A stretch of DNA of 39,909 nt from Clostridia bacterium (GCA_017959985.1 JAGCZP010000047.1:1-39909); one strand, 5' to 3'; positions 7,991 through 16,796 are shown, counted from the first letter of the stretch. Translations and numbers: made by a program. Notes: generated by a model not told the origin, from the letters alone.

Positions 7991-9793
7991 TTAACCTTTT
8001 TTGATGGCATCAAATTTACAGTTGCTCATACAAACACCGCACTTGATACACTTGGATTGATCGATAACATGAGGTTCTTTCACCTTACCAGAAATCGCGC
8101 TAACCGGACAAGTTCTAGCACACAGTGTACAACCCTTACATTTGTCAGCATCAATGGTATATTGCATTAATGCTTTACAAACACCAGCCGGACACTTCTT
8201 ATCTTTGATGTGAGCAACATACTCATCACGGAAGAAGCGAAGCGTTGCCAGTACTGGGTTTGGAGCTGTTTGACCAAGACCACAAAGGGCATTGGCTTTG
8301 ATATATTGACAGAGATTTTCAAGATCATCAATATCTTGCATCTCACCTTTACCGCTGGTAATCTTATCGAGTTTTTCTAACAACCGTTTGATACCTACAC
8401 GGCAAGGGGTACATTTACCACAAGATTCGTCAACAGTAAATTGTAAGAAGAACTTGGCGATATCCACCATACAAGTGTCTTCGTCCATAACAATCAATCC
8501 ACCAGAACCCATCATACAACCAATCGCAGTTAAGTTGTCATAGTCAATTTCGGTGTCAATGAGAGAGGCCGGAATACATCCGCCGGAAGGACCACCTGTT
8601 TGGGCAGCCTTAAACTTCTTACCATTTGGAATACCGCCACCGATATCTTCGATGATTTCGCGAAGAGTGGTACCCATGGGGATTTCCACCAAACCGGTGT
8701 GTTCGATTTTACCGCCTAAGGCGAAAACCTTGGTTCCTTTGGAACGTTCCGTTCCCATGGAGGCAAACCATTCGGCACCATGTAAAATGATTTGTGGAAT
8801 GTTGGCAAAGGTTTCCACGTTATTTTCAACGGTTGGTTTGCCAAACAAACCTTTAACAGCCGGATATGGAGGACGAGGACGTGGTTCACCACGGTTACCT
8901 TCGATAGAGGTCATAAGCGCGGTTTCCTCACCATAAACGAAGGCACCAGCGCCAAGACGGATATCCATATCAAAATCAAATCCACTGCCGAACAAGTCTT
9001 TTCCTAACAAACCATATTCTCTGGCTTGTTTGATAGCGATTTGTAACCGATGAACAGCAATCGGATACTCGGCACGGACATACACGTAACCTTTGGTCGC
9101 TCCAATGGCATAACCAGCAATGGCCATTGCTTCAATGATAACGTGTGGGTCACCTTCCAAAACGGAACGATCCATGAACGCTCCTGGGTCACCCTCGTCA
9201 GCATTACAAACAACATATTTTTGATCGGCTTGGTTGCCAGCGGTTAAGCTCCATTTACGACCAGTGGGGAATCCACCGCCGCCACGGCCACGCAAACCAG
9301 AATCCGAAACAATTTGAATAACTTGCTCTGGAGTGTACTCTGTCAAGCATTTTCCTAACGCTTGATACCCATCCATCGCAATATATTCGTCAATGGACTC
9401 AGGATCGATAACACCGCAGTTACGAAGGGCTACACGTTTTTGTGCCTTGTAGAAGTTTGTGTCGTTTAAAGACAATGCTGTCTCGGCTTGGCTCTTAACC
9501 TCTTCCGAAACATCATCATACACCAATCTTTCAACTGGACGTCCCTTCAAAAGGTGTTCCGAAACAATTTCCGCAACATCCTCTTTTTGGACACGGCTGT
9601 AGAAAGTACCATCCGGATAAACAATAACGACTGGGCCAAGAGCACAAAGACCAAAGCATCCTGTACGTACAACTTTTACTTCGTCAGACAAATCGTTGCT
9701 AACAATTTGTTTTTCGAACTCTTCAATAAGTCCTTTACTGCCGGAGGAAGTACAACCTGTACCGCCGCAGATTAAAACCTGTGAACGAATCAT
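7991..9793 (-). CDS. hydB: NuoF-like NAD(P)H/FMN-binding subunit HydB of a multimeric [FeFe]-hydrogenase
   Basis: 600 aa. N-terminal thioredoxin-like 2Fe-2S region, GRGGGGFPTGRKW FMN/NADH region, CGKCTPCR, and a C-terminal 2x[4Fe-4S] ferredoxin (CKGCTLCARTCP, CIKCGVCMSNC). Confidence 0.9.
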   Translation of the reverse strand: MIRSQVLICGGTGCTSSGSKGLIEEFEKQIVSNDLSDEVKVVRTGCFGLCALGPVVIVYPDGTFYSRVQKEDVAEIVSEHLLKGRPVERLVYDDVSEEVKSQAETALSLNDTNFYKAQKRVALRNCGVIDPESIDEYIAMDGYQALGKCLTEYTPEQVIQIVSDSGLRGRGGGGFPTGRKWSLTAGNQADQKYVVCNADEGDPGAFMDRSVLEGDPHVIIEAMAIAGYAIGATKGYVYVRAEYPIAVHRLQIAIKQAREYGLLGKDLFGSGFDFDMDIRLGAGAFVYGEETALMTSIEGNRGEPRPRPPYPAVKGLFGKPTVENNVETFANIPQIILHGAEWFASMGTERSKGTKVFALGGKIEHTGLVEIPMGTTLREIIEDIGGGIPNGKKFKAAQTGGPSGGCIPASLIDTEIDYDNLTAIGCMMGSGGLIVMDEDTCMVDIAKFFLQFTVDESCGKCTPCRVGIKRLLEKLDKITSGKGEMQDIDDLENLCQYIKANALCGLGQTAPNPVLATLRFFRDEYVAHIKDKKCPAGVCKALMQYTIDADKCKGCTLCARTCPVSAISGKVKEPHVIDQSKCIKCGVCMSNCKFDAIKKG

Positions 9794-9810
9794 TTTTATA
9801 CCTCCATCAA

Positions 9811-10176
9811 TTAAATATTCTTAATAACATATTCCGAAATGGGTTGACCACCCTTTAAGTGTTTTTCAACAACTTCTTTTGCTTTTTCAGCGGTCATTTT
9901 CAAGTAGGTAACTTTTTCTTTCCCTGCTTCGAAAATTTCCACAACTGGTTCGTATTGGCAAATACCGATGCATCCCGTTTGGGTAACGGTAACCTTATCT
10001 GCCAATCCCGCGTTGTTCACCTCTTCAACGAAGGCATTTAAAACAGGGCGGGCACCCGCGGCAATACCACAAGTAGCCATACCCACAACCACACGAATGT
10101 CGTTGCTACCTTCACGGAGAACAACTTTGCCTTGCATTTTTTCTTTGATTGCTGCAAGTTCTGCCAATGATTTCAT
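9811..10176 (-). CDS. Thioredoxin-like [2Fe-2S] ferredoxin domain protein
   Basis: 121 aa. Cys pairs in MATCGIAAGARPV and TGCIGICQYEPVV, typical of NuoE/HydC-like 2Fe-2S folds. Located within the hyd operon. Confidence 0.7.
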   Translation of the reverse strand: MKSLAELAAIKEKMQGKVVLREGSNDIRVVVGMATCGIAAGARPVLNAFVEEVNNAGLADKVTVTQTGCIGICQYEPVVEIFEAGKEKVTYLKMTAEKAKEVVEKHLKGGQPISEYVIKNI

Positions 10177-10195
10177 ACTGCTAACCTCACTTTTA

Positions 10196-10765
10196 TTATG
10201 AATTGCAATTACTATGTTCTATCGCACCATATTGTTCGTTTAGATATTCCCGTATCCACGTTAATACCTCTATCGTATCCAATGGCACTTCTCCAAGAAC
10301 GCTGGTCAGTTCCGCTGTATCTAGCGTTACTTCCCCGTTCTCAAATACATGTTGAAACACCCAATGAGTGGACGGATTTCCTTGAATTAAGGTCACCAAC
10401 GTGGAAACAATATCCCCCAATGGTGTGGCGTCAATATGCTTTTTGTAAAACAAAGCTTGAATGGTAGTACCATGGCACCGCGGATTCTCTTGCTCACACA
10501 CCGATTCCAACGTCATCGTTCCACCGGTTTGCTCGGCAGCGAGTTTCAAGAACGGAATGCCAAGTCCCACATCTCTTGTGGTTCGTGTTGTTGTAAAAGG
10601 ATCACAAGCCTTTTCTAAAAACTCGGAATCCATTCCACAACCGTTATCCACAATGGTTAATTGCAAGGTTTCCTCATTTTCTTTCAAGATAATGGAAATG
10701 GTGTCTGCCTTGGCTTTTAAGGAATTCTCTGCAATATCTAATATGTTAAGGGATAGTTCTTTCAT
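10196..10765 (-). CDS. HATPase_c-only ATP-binding protein (kinase-like, no HisKA or receiver domain seen)
   Basis: N-box ENSLKA, G1 DNGCGM, G2 GLGIP. Start moved to ATG 10765 (MKELSLNILD), which has RBS GGGGAG and abuts the PHP gene stop. The track ORF start at 10789 overlaps the upstream gene. Confidence 0.7.
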   Translation of the reverse strand: MKELSLNILDIAENSLKAKADTISIILKENEETLQLTIVDNGCGMDSEFLEKACDPFTTTRTTRDVGLGIPFLKLAAEQTGGTMTLESVCEQENPRCHGTTIQALFYKKHIDATPLGDIVSTLVTLIQGNPSTHWVFQHVFENGEVTLDTAELTSVLGEVPLDTIEVLTWIREYLNEQYGAIEHSNCNS

Positions 10766-11502
10766 GATGTTTCTCCCCGCAAGTAGCAAAATAGGTTATG
10801 CCGTACCAGTTGACTGCTATACGGCTCATCGTCTAGTTCGACGAAATTCTCTTTATCCCGAATATGCCACAAATAGTGCGCATCAGAAGAAATGAGTATC
10901 TTCCGTTTTTTTATGGCCGGATACTTTTCTAAATATTCCGGGATATTCTCTTTGTCCCGAAATTCGCAACACAAAAACCCATCATAATCTGGAAACGAGC
11001 CTAGCACCGCAATTGCTCCATTAGCCGGTCGATCCACATGGGCGGGAAAGCAAACGCCTCCCTGTTTAGCAACAAGAGCCGGAACTTCTTCAATGGGAAT
11101 GGTGGTGGCGTTTGAAAGCAAGCATTCGTCACTTCCTACCACATGGTCTTCCCCATCCAAGATGAGCTGTTCTCCGAAAACATCCACTTTATTGGGTATC
11201 TTCACACGTCTTGAATCCACAACACCATCAAAAGCCATGGCATCTTCCAAAGTTTCAAATAAACACACCACATGAATATCTTCGGCGGTTGTTAGTTCCA
11301 TTCCCGCAACGGGAATAATTCCGTTTTTCTTGGCTGCTTCAAAAAAAGCAGGACAATTTTTACAAGTATTATGATCCGTGAGTGCCACAATTTGCAAACC
11401 CGCCAACGTTGCCATACCGGCAATATTGTTGGGCGTCATATCCTGGTCCCCACAGGGTGATAAACAAGTATGAATATGAAAATCGTAATAATACTTACTC
11501 AT
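10762..11502 (-). CDS. PHP-domain phosphoesterase
   Basis: 246 aa beginning YDFHIHTCLSPCGD, with later DHN and SDAH histidine motifs typical of PHP metal sites. ATGA overlap with the upstream gene. Confidence 0.7.
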   Translation of the reverse strand: MSKYYYDFHIHTCLSPCGDQDMTPNNIAGMATLAGLQIVALTDHNTCKNCPAFFEAAKKNGIIPVAGMELTTAEDIHVVCLFETLEDAMAFDGVVDSRRVKIPNKVDVFGEQLILDGEDHVVGSDECLLSNATTIPIEEVPALVAKQGGVCFPAHVDRPANGAIAVLGSFPDYDGFLCCEFRDKENIPEYLEKYPAIKKRKILISSDAHYLWHIRDKENFVELDDEPYSSQLVRHNLFCYLRGETS

Positions 11503-11825
11503 AATTCACTGGCAATATCTTTTAGCGTTTCAAAGGCCGTTTTGGAAGAAGAAAGGATGTTAACCCCTTTTTCCACAGCCATATCCACAATTTCCTTGTC
11601 TAGAGTAACTCCTTCGGCAAGAATGACGCAAGAGACATCCACTAGGGAGGCCACTGCCACCACATTCAGGTTAGACATAATGGTGACCCAAACATTTCCT
11701 GCTTTTGCACGGCCCATCACCCAACTCAACAAATCGCCAACATAACAACCGGAGACAATCTTCTCCCCTTCGGGCATTGTCACCACAGAAAAAGCATATT
11801 TTGTTGCCAATTGATTGACCGTCAT
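11499..11825 (-). CDS. DRTGG-domain protein (copy 2)
   Basis: Small protein with VGDLLSWVMGRA...VWVTIMSNLNVVAVA, typical of DRTGG-type proteins in hydrogenase clusters. Start set at ATG 11825 (RBS AAGGAG), 5 nt after the upstream stop. Confidence 0.55.
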   Translation of the reverse strand: MTVNQLATKYAFSVVTMPEGEKIVSGCYVGDLLSWVMGRAKAGNVWVTIMSNLNVVAVASLVDVSCVILAEGVTLDKEIVDMAVEKGVNILSSSKTAFETLKDIASEL

Positions 11826-11830
11826 TGGAT

Positions 11831-13114
11831 TTACTCCTTGTTTGTTTTTATATTTTTCTCTGCCTGCCGGACCACACAATCTTCAATGGTCGGGCCAAGG
11901 CCTTTTACGATATCTTCGGCAAAGGCACGACAGGTTGGAGACCCACAGGCACCGCAGTCGATTCCCGGAAGTTCTTCGTGAAGCGTTTGAATGGCTTCCA
12001 TCATCTGCATAGCTTGCAAGCGATCCTGACTTAAGAAAGTCAACCCGTCATAGCTTGGTGTCGAACCAAAGAAATACTCTTGTGGAATATTGCTTTCGTC
12101 CCCGGCTAAGAAGTTTCGGGAAACCGGCATATACCGTCTCACCGTTTGCAGCCTTGTTTTGGCAATAAACGGGTTTTCAATGGTCATCATGCCTCCCACG
12201 CATCCGCCGGTGCAAGCATTGAGTTCAATAAATTCTAAGTCTGGAATGTTTCCATCCTCAATTTTTTCTAAAATATCCACGACATGTTCAATTCCATCAG
12301 CTGCTAGATACTTATCGTTGAGAATAGCCGAGGCTTCTCCTCCGCTGGAGGCCCAGCCAATTCCCACCATACCGGCTTTGGATGCCGCTTGTGGTTGAAC
12401 ATCTCGTCTCATAACTCCTAAAATCATAAAGTAAACATCGCTCATGGAAATGACAACGTCCACATGCGATTTGTAATCGCCAAAACCCATATTGATATAG
12501 CTAACTTTGGCAGGACAAGGAGAAATGAAATAAATACCAATATCATCTTCATCCAGTTCTGGATGCTCTTCCTTCGCTTTCTTCTTGGCCATAATGGCGG
12601 CAATCTCCATGGGAGGAAGCAAAGGAAGCAAGTTTTCTTCTAAAGACGGGAACCGTGTTGAGATTAAACGCATCACCGCCGGGCAAGCCGAACTTAACAC
12701 CGGCTTCTTTATCCCTTCCCGTTTCATATAGATACGGGTGTATGCGGAAACATATTCCGCGGCTTGTGCCACTTCAAAGACATCATCAAATCCGATATCT
12801 AACAAAGCTTGAATGACATAGTCTGCATCTTCCAAATCGTTAAACTGTCCAAACAATGCCGGAGCTGGAAGCGCAATTTTCCATTTAAACTCTTGGTGGT
12901 TTTCCCATTTATTACAAAGGGCTTTTCGCGCCCCGTGAGGACAAACACGAATGCATTCTCCGCAATCAATACAACGGTCCGGATTGATTTCAGATTTTCC
13001 ATCGTGCACACGAATGGCTTCGGTAGGGCAGTGTTTTAGGCAAGTCGTACAACCTGTGCATTTATCCACAAACAACTCAACGGAATGTCGATAACAAGTC
13101 TTTCTTTTTGCCAC
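11831..13114 (-). CDS. Sensory-type [FeFe]-hydrogenase homolog (HydS-like, group D-like): 2x[4Fe-4S] + degenerate H-domain + C-terminal 4-Cys motif
   Basis: 427 aa with a GTG start. Ferredoxin motifs CTGCTTCLKHCP and CIDCGECIRVCP. H-cluster motif equivalents are SSACPAV (for TSCCPxW), SPCPAK (for MPCxxK) and ELNACTGGCVGG. The C-terminus is CGACGSPTC followed by a further Cys ~17 residues later. Confidence 0.75.
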   Translation of the reverse strand: MAKRKTCYRHSVELFVDKCTGCTTCLKHCPTEAIRVHDGKSEINPDRCIDCGECIRVCPHGARKALCNKWENHQEFKWKIALPAPALFGQFNDLEDADYVIQALLDIGFDDVFEVAQAAEYVSAYTRIYMKREGIKKPVLSSACPAVMRLISTRFPSLEENLLPLLPPMEIAAIMAKKKAKEEHPELDEDDIGIYFISPCPAKVSYINMGFGDYKSHVDVVISMSDVYFMILGVMRRDVQPQAASKAGMVGIGWASSGGEASAILNDKYLAADGIEHVVDILEKIEDGNIPDLEFIELNACTGGCVGGMMTIENPFIAKTRLQTVRRYMPVSRNFLAGDESNIPQEYFFGSTPSYDGLTFLSQDRLQAMQMMEAIQTLHEELPGIDCGACGSPTCRAFAEDIVKGLGPTIEDCVVRQAEKNIKTNKE

Positions 13115-13129
13115 TACTGCTCACCCCCA

Positions 13130-13555
13130 TTACTCCATATTAACGCGCATGGTAATTTTCGTGCCAACACCAACGGTGGAATCAATTTGCATATCGTCTG
13201 TATAGCGTTTCATATTGGACAACCCCATACCAGCGCCAAATCCTAAAGACCGCACATGATCGCTTGCGGTGGAATAGCCTTCTTGCATGGCGAGTTCCAC
13301 ATTTGGAATACCTGGTCCGTGGTCGTCAAGAATAATTTCAATGTAATCTTTATAAACATTCACATCAGCCACTCCGCCACCGGCGTGAATGACCATGTTA
13401 ATCTCTCCCTCGTACATGGCGATGGAGACGCGTCGGATAATATCGGGATCCAATCCCATTTCCCTAAGATTCTTTTTGACTTTAACAGAAGCTTGCCCTG
13501 CTGAGACAAAATTGTCTCCATCCACGTCAAAGTGGAAATTTACAAACTCGCTCAT
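13130..13555 (-). CDS. Anti-sigma-factor-like Ser/Thr kinase (HATPase_c only, SpoIIAB/RsbW-like)
   Basis: 141 aa. E..N-type N-box region, DDHGPGIP (G1), GFGAGMGLSNM (G2). ATGA overlap with the upstream DRTGG gene. Confidence 0.7.
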   Translation of the reverse strand: MSEFVNFHFDVDGDNFVSAGQASVKVKKNLREMGLDPDIIRRVSIAMYEGEINMVIHAGGGVADVNVYKDYIEIILDDHGPGIPNVELAMQEGYSTASDHVRSLGFGAGMGLSNMKRYTDDMQIDSTVGVGTKITMRVNME

Positions 13556-13908
13556 GCCTTTTTTTGTCCGTTGGCAACCAGTCCATTGCTATACAAAATG
13601 CCACAAGCCTCATACATCCGTTTTTCAGTAGAAAGCATCACCATTTTGTAATCTTTTGCCAACTGAATCATTTCATCCGTCGGCTGTTTGGAGCGCACAA
13701 ATACGATACAGACCATATCCATCATTTCGGCTGTACGAACAACTTGTGAATTAACAAGACCCGATAAAAGCACGGCTTGATCTTTCACATAGGCAAGCAC
13801 GTCGCTCATCATATCGCTACCACAAGCTGAGAATACATCACGGTACATATAAACTTCTCCGCAAAGAACCTGTGCATCCAGTAATTCTTTAATGTCACTA
13901 ATTTTCAT
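13552..13908 (-). CDS. DRTGG-domain protein (copy 1)
   Basis: 118 aa. VLLSGLVNSQVVRTAEMMDMVCIVFVRSKQP pattern. RBS GGGAGG. Confidence 0.55.
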   Translation of the reverse strand: MKISDIKELLDAQVLCGEVYMYRDVFSACGSDMMSDVLAYVKDQAVLLSGLVNSQVVRTAEMMDMVCIVFVRSKQPTDEMIQLAKDYKMVMLSTEKRMYEACGILYSNGLVANGQKKA

Positions 13909-13933
13909 CTTAGGGCCTCCCGGCTAAATTAAA

Positions 13934-14425
13934 TCATTCGTATTTAGCAAGAATACTAGGAACCTCGTCTGGATTCAAACGTCCATAGACTTCTTCGTTA
14001 ATCATCATAACAGGAGCTAAACCACAAGCACCGACACAACGGCAATCCTCCACAGAGAATTTTCCATCCGGTGTGCAGCCACCTTCAATGCCTAAGGTCT
14101 CGCACACTTTATCAAAGACTTGTTGGGATCCTTTTACATAACATGCAGTACCCAAGCATACGGAAACATTATATTTTCCTTTTGGGGATAACGCGAATTG
14201 CGCATAAAAGGTTGCCACACCGTAGACTTTCTCTAGCGGCACGTCCATACCTTCTGCAATAATTTGTTGCACTTCGATTGGCAAATAGCCATAAATGCCT
14301 TGCGCTTCTTGCATAACGGCCATCAAACGACTTTTGTCGGCTTTGTTGGCTTCCACAATTTCACGAAGCTGTTTTTCTTGTTCAGCAGTGCCTTTAAAAG
14401 GAACTTGACTCATGATTTTTTTCAT
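13934..14425 (-). CDS. hydC: NuoE-like [2Fe-2S] subunit HydC
   Basis: CLGTACYVKG and CRCVGACGLAPVMMI motifs. Start set at ATG 14425 (MKKIMSQ), preceded by RBS GGAGGA. The track start at 14476 has no RBS. Confidence 0.85.
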   Translation of the reverse strand: MKKIMSQVPFKGTAEQEKQLREIVEANKADKSRLMAVMQEAQGIYGYLPIEVQQIIAEGMDVPLEKVYGVATFYAQFALSPKGKYNVSVCLGTACYVKGSQQVFDKVCETLGIEGGCTPDGKFSVEDCRCVGACGLAPVMMINEEVYGRLNPDEVPSILAKYE

Positions 14426-14500
14426 TGAAATTATCCTCCATTTCAATTTCCATCCTTGCAAAAAAGATAGAAACACTTAATGCAAAAATACACATCCTTT

Positions 14501-14529
14501 ATTATATAAGAAAACACACGATTTTGCAA
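14501..14529 (-). promoter_or_regulatory. Sigma-70/SigA-type promoter of the hyd operon: TTGCAA - 17 nt - TATAAT
   Basis: -35 at 14524-14529 and -10 at 14501-14506 (minus strand), ~75 nt upstream of the hydC ATG. Confidence 0.6.
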
Positions 14530-14546
14530 CATAAATCGTGTGTTTT
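14511..14546 (-). terminator. Hairpin downstream of the GntR gene (12-bp stem, 12-nt loop), possible terminator
   Basis: Stem AAAACACACGAT / ATCGTGTGTTTT (14511-14522 / 14535-14546), 22 nt after the GntR TGA. The U-run is partly inside the stem, so termination efficiency is uncertain. Confidence 0.45.
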
Positions 14547-14568
14547 TCCAAAGGATTTTTCGCTTTTA

Positions 14569-15225
14569 TCAGGACGTTTTCTCGCTATTTTTGAAAAAGT
14601 TGTTTTTGGCATTTTTTACATGCTCCATCATTAGTTTTTCCGCCTGTTTCCCATCGTGGTTTAAAATCGAGTCACAAATAGCACGATGCTCCGAAACCGA
14701 CTTCTCCGCGCGGCCGTCCACATTATAAGAAATATCTCTGGCCCGTTTAATACACTTGTGGTATTTCGTCAGCATATCCCCTAATGTTCGGTTGCCACAT
14801 CCATCGTAAATGGTCGCATGGAACTCGTTATCGAGCTCCCAGATTTTCTCTGTCTCCCCTTTAACAAGGTAGAACTCTTGCAAATCGATAAAATTGCAGA
14901 GAGACTTCTTCTGTTCTTCGCTAGCATTCTCCGCAAAAAGACGGGTTGCATACCCCTCGGTTAAAATCCGAATGGTGTAAATATCCAGCACGTCTTGTTC
15001 CGAAACGCCAACCACAACAGCTCCCTTATTGGGGACAATGCGGACCAAGCCCTCTAATTCTAGTTGCATCAAAGCTTCCCGAATAGGGGTGCGACTCACT
15101 TGAAGTTTTTGCGATAACTGAATTTCGTTCAAGTTATCCCCTGCCAAATATTCGCGATTAATAATCGCATTTTCAAGAGACTGAAAAACCTGTCGACGCA
15201 GGGATCCTAAACCTTCTTCATGCAT
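14569..15225 (-). CDS. GntR/FadR-family transcriptional regulator (winged HTH + FCD-like C-terminal domain)
   Basis: 218 aa. LSQKLQVSRTPIREALMQLELEGLVRIVPNKGAVV is the canonical GntR HTH signature. Confidence 0.85.
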   Translation of the reverse strand: MHEEGLGSLRRQVFQSLENAIINREYLAGDNLNEIQLSQKLQVSRTPIREALMQLELEGLVRIVPNKGAVVVGVSEQDVLDIYTIRILTEGYATRLFAENASEEQKKSLCNFIDLQEFYLVKGETEKIWELDNEFHATIYDGCGNRTLGDMLTKYHKCIKRARDISYNVDGRAEKSVSEHRAICDSILNHDGKQAEKLMMEHVKNAKNNFFKNSEKTS

Positions 15226-15226
15226 A

Positions 15227-16642
15227 TTAGAATTTATCCTCTACAAAACGATTGTCATTGAGAAGAGCTACTTGTTTGACGAGCTCATCATCACTAATGA
15301 CCGTTTGACGGCCACCTTCGTATTGCGCATCCACCCATTTTTTTACCGCCAACACCGCAGGGTCTTTTTTATCCACCGCTTTGCTACCTTTGAGGTGATA
15401 ATGGGTATTTATCCAATACGCAATACCTGCCACACCGGACGTCGCGCTAATGGCCACAACCGCAGGGCGTTTTAAGAGTTTTTCGGTATCGAAAATATTG
15501 TAAATCTCCGTATCTTTCATAAGCCCATCCGCATGGATGCCCGCCCGTGTCAAGTTAAAATACTTGCCAACAAAAGGTGTCATCGGTGGTAACTTGTAAT
15601 CGGTTTCGTGCACAATGTATTTGGCAATATCAGTAATGACTGTCGGATTCATGCCATCAAACGTGCCTCGAAGCGCTGCATACTCAAACACCATTGCTTC
15701 AAGCGGAATATTTCCTGTACGTTCGCCAATGCCTAGCAAAGAGCAGTTGACCGCTCCACAGCCATATTGCCAAGCCGTACTGGCGTTGGATACCACTTTA
15801 TAAAAATCGTTATGACCATGCCACTCAAGCATATCACTAGAGAAACCAGCATAGTGTTGTAAACCATATACGATACCCGCCACACTACGTGGAAGGGCAA
15901 CACCTGCATACGGAACCCCATATCCCATCGTGTCACAGGCACGAATTTTAATGGGAACACCACTTTGCTCAGATAACTTCCGAAGCTCAGTAGCGAAGGG
16001 TACAACAAAACCATAGAAATCCGCACGGGTAATGTCTTCAAAATGGCAACGCGGACGTAGTCCCGCTTCAATACAATCCGAGACAACGCGAATATATTTA
16101 TCCAGAGCCTTTTTCCGTGTTAATCCCATCTTATTGAAAATATGATAATCTGAACAGCTGGTTAAAATACCAGTCTCTTTAACATTCAAGTTCTTAACAA
16201 GTTCAAAATCCTTACTAGAAGCACGAATCCAAGTAGTGATTTCTGGAAACTCATAGCCTAAATCCATACACGCAAGCATCGCGTCTCTATCTTTTTCCGA
16301 ATAGACAAAGAACTCCGTTTGACGGATTTTTCCTTTTTTACCGCCCAGTTTGTGAAGCATCTTGTAAATATCCACCATTTGTTGCTTGGTATATGGCGCA
16401 CGAGATTGTTGTCCATCACGAAAAGACGTATCCGTAATGAAAATCTCTTTGGGCATATTCATAGGTACACGACGATAGTTATAGGTGATTTTCGGAACTT
16501 CTGTGTAAGGAAACATTTCCCGAAAAAGTTCCGGTTCCGAAATATCTTGCAATTCAAAGTCATAAGGATCCATTTCTAACAAGTGACTATTAGGATTTAA
16601 TTTCACCTCACGGTTTTGCGAAATAATCTCACTGTGAATCAT
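15227..16642 (-). CDS. HMGL-like synthase of the homocitrate / isopropylmalate / Re-citrate synthase family; specific substrate not determined
   Basis: ITDTSFRDGQQS near the N-terminus and the HGHNDF metal-site motif. Start set at ATG 16642 (MIHSEII) with RBS GAGGG. The track start at 16705 lies inside the promoter. Confidence 0.6.
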   Translation of the reverse strand: MIHSEIISQNREVKLNPNSHLLEMDPYDFELQDISEPELFREMFPYTEVPKITYNYRRVPMNMPKEIFITDTSFRDGQQSRAPYTKQQMVDIYKMLHKLGGKKGKIRQTEFFVYSEKDRDAMLACMDLGYEFPEITTWIRASSKDFELVKNLNVKETGILTSCSDYHIFNKMGLTRKKALDKYIRVVSDCIEAGLRPRCHFEDITRADFYGFVVPFATELRKLSEQSGVPIKIRACDTMGYGVPYAGVALPRSVAGIVYGLQHYAGFSSDMLEWHGHNDFYKVVSNASTAWQYGCGAVNCSLLGIGERTGNIPLEAMVFEYAALRGTFDGMNPTVITDIAKYIVHETDYKLPPMTPFVGKYFNLTRAGIHADGLMKDTEIYNIFDTEKLLKRPAVVAISATSGVAGIAYWINTHYHLKGSKAVDKKDPAVLAVKKWVDAQYEGGRQTVISDDELVKQVALLNDNRFVEDKF

Positions 16643-16663
16643 AGTATACCCTCGTTTCTTAAG

Positions 16664-16675
16664 ATTGTATACAAT
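16664..16675. promoter_or_regulatory. Perfect 12-bp palindrome ATTGTATACAAT, candidate GntR-family operator
   Basis: It overlaps the -10 by 2 nt and covers the predicted transcription start. It has the GT-N-AC core typical of GntR/FadR operators. Confidence 0.45.
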
Positions 16676-16702
16676 TATACAAATATATTCTTTGTTTGTC
16701 AA
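16674..16702 (-). promoter_or_regulatory. Consensus promoter TTGACA - 17 nt - TATAAT for the synthase-GntR operon
   Basis: -35 at 16697-16702 and -10 at 16674-16679 on the minus strand. Both hexamers are perfect consensus. Confidence 0.7.
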
Positions 16703-16796
16703 CAAAAACCCAAAAGATTTCTTTTAAAATACAAAAGATGCCTCCACTTTCAAGAAGCAGAGGCAATCATTCATTCCTTATCCTATTGATATTTGG

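Noticed and set aside
10461-10895. A 144-aa plus-strand ORF, and similar antisense ORFs at 22542-23012 (156 aa), 28403-28825 (140 aa), 30610-31044 (144 aa), 35107-35514 and 36175-36576.
   Set aside because: All lie antisense to well-supported conserved genes (HATPase/PHP, cvpA-like/dockerin, ecfA1, ruvA, fusA). They lack RBSs and have low-complexity Ser/Thr/Phe-rich products.
14426-14568. I looked for a Rex (redox-sensing repressor) operator upstream of the hydrogenase operon.
   Set aside because: No TTGTGAA-N4-6-TTCACAA-like inverted repeat was seen by eye. A matrix scan would be needed to exclude degenerate sites.
16643-16705. N-terminal extensions of track ORFs: 16705 here, and likewise 10789, 11879, 14476, 27039, 28743, 29609, 33007, 37113, 37598 and 18173.
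   Set aside because: The extensions overlap upstream genes or promoters and lack RBSs. Internal starts with strong Shine-Dalgarno sites give proteins that begin at the conserved family N-termini.
16731-16775. Possible terminator hairpin after the disrupted lipoprotein gene (TGCCTC...GAGGCA followed by a T-rich run).
   Set aside because: It has only a 6-bp stem with a 15-nt loop, which is too weak to call with confidence.
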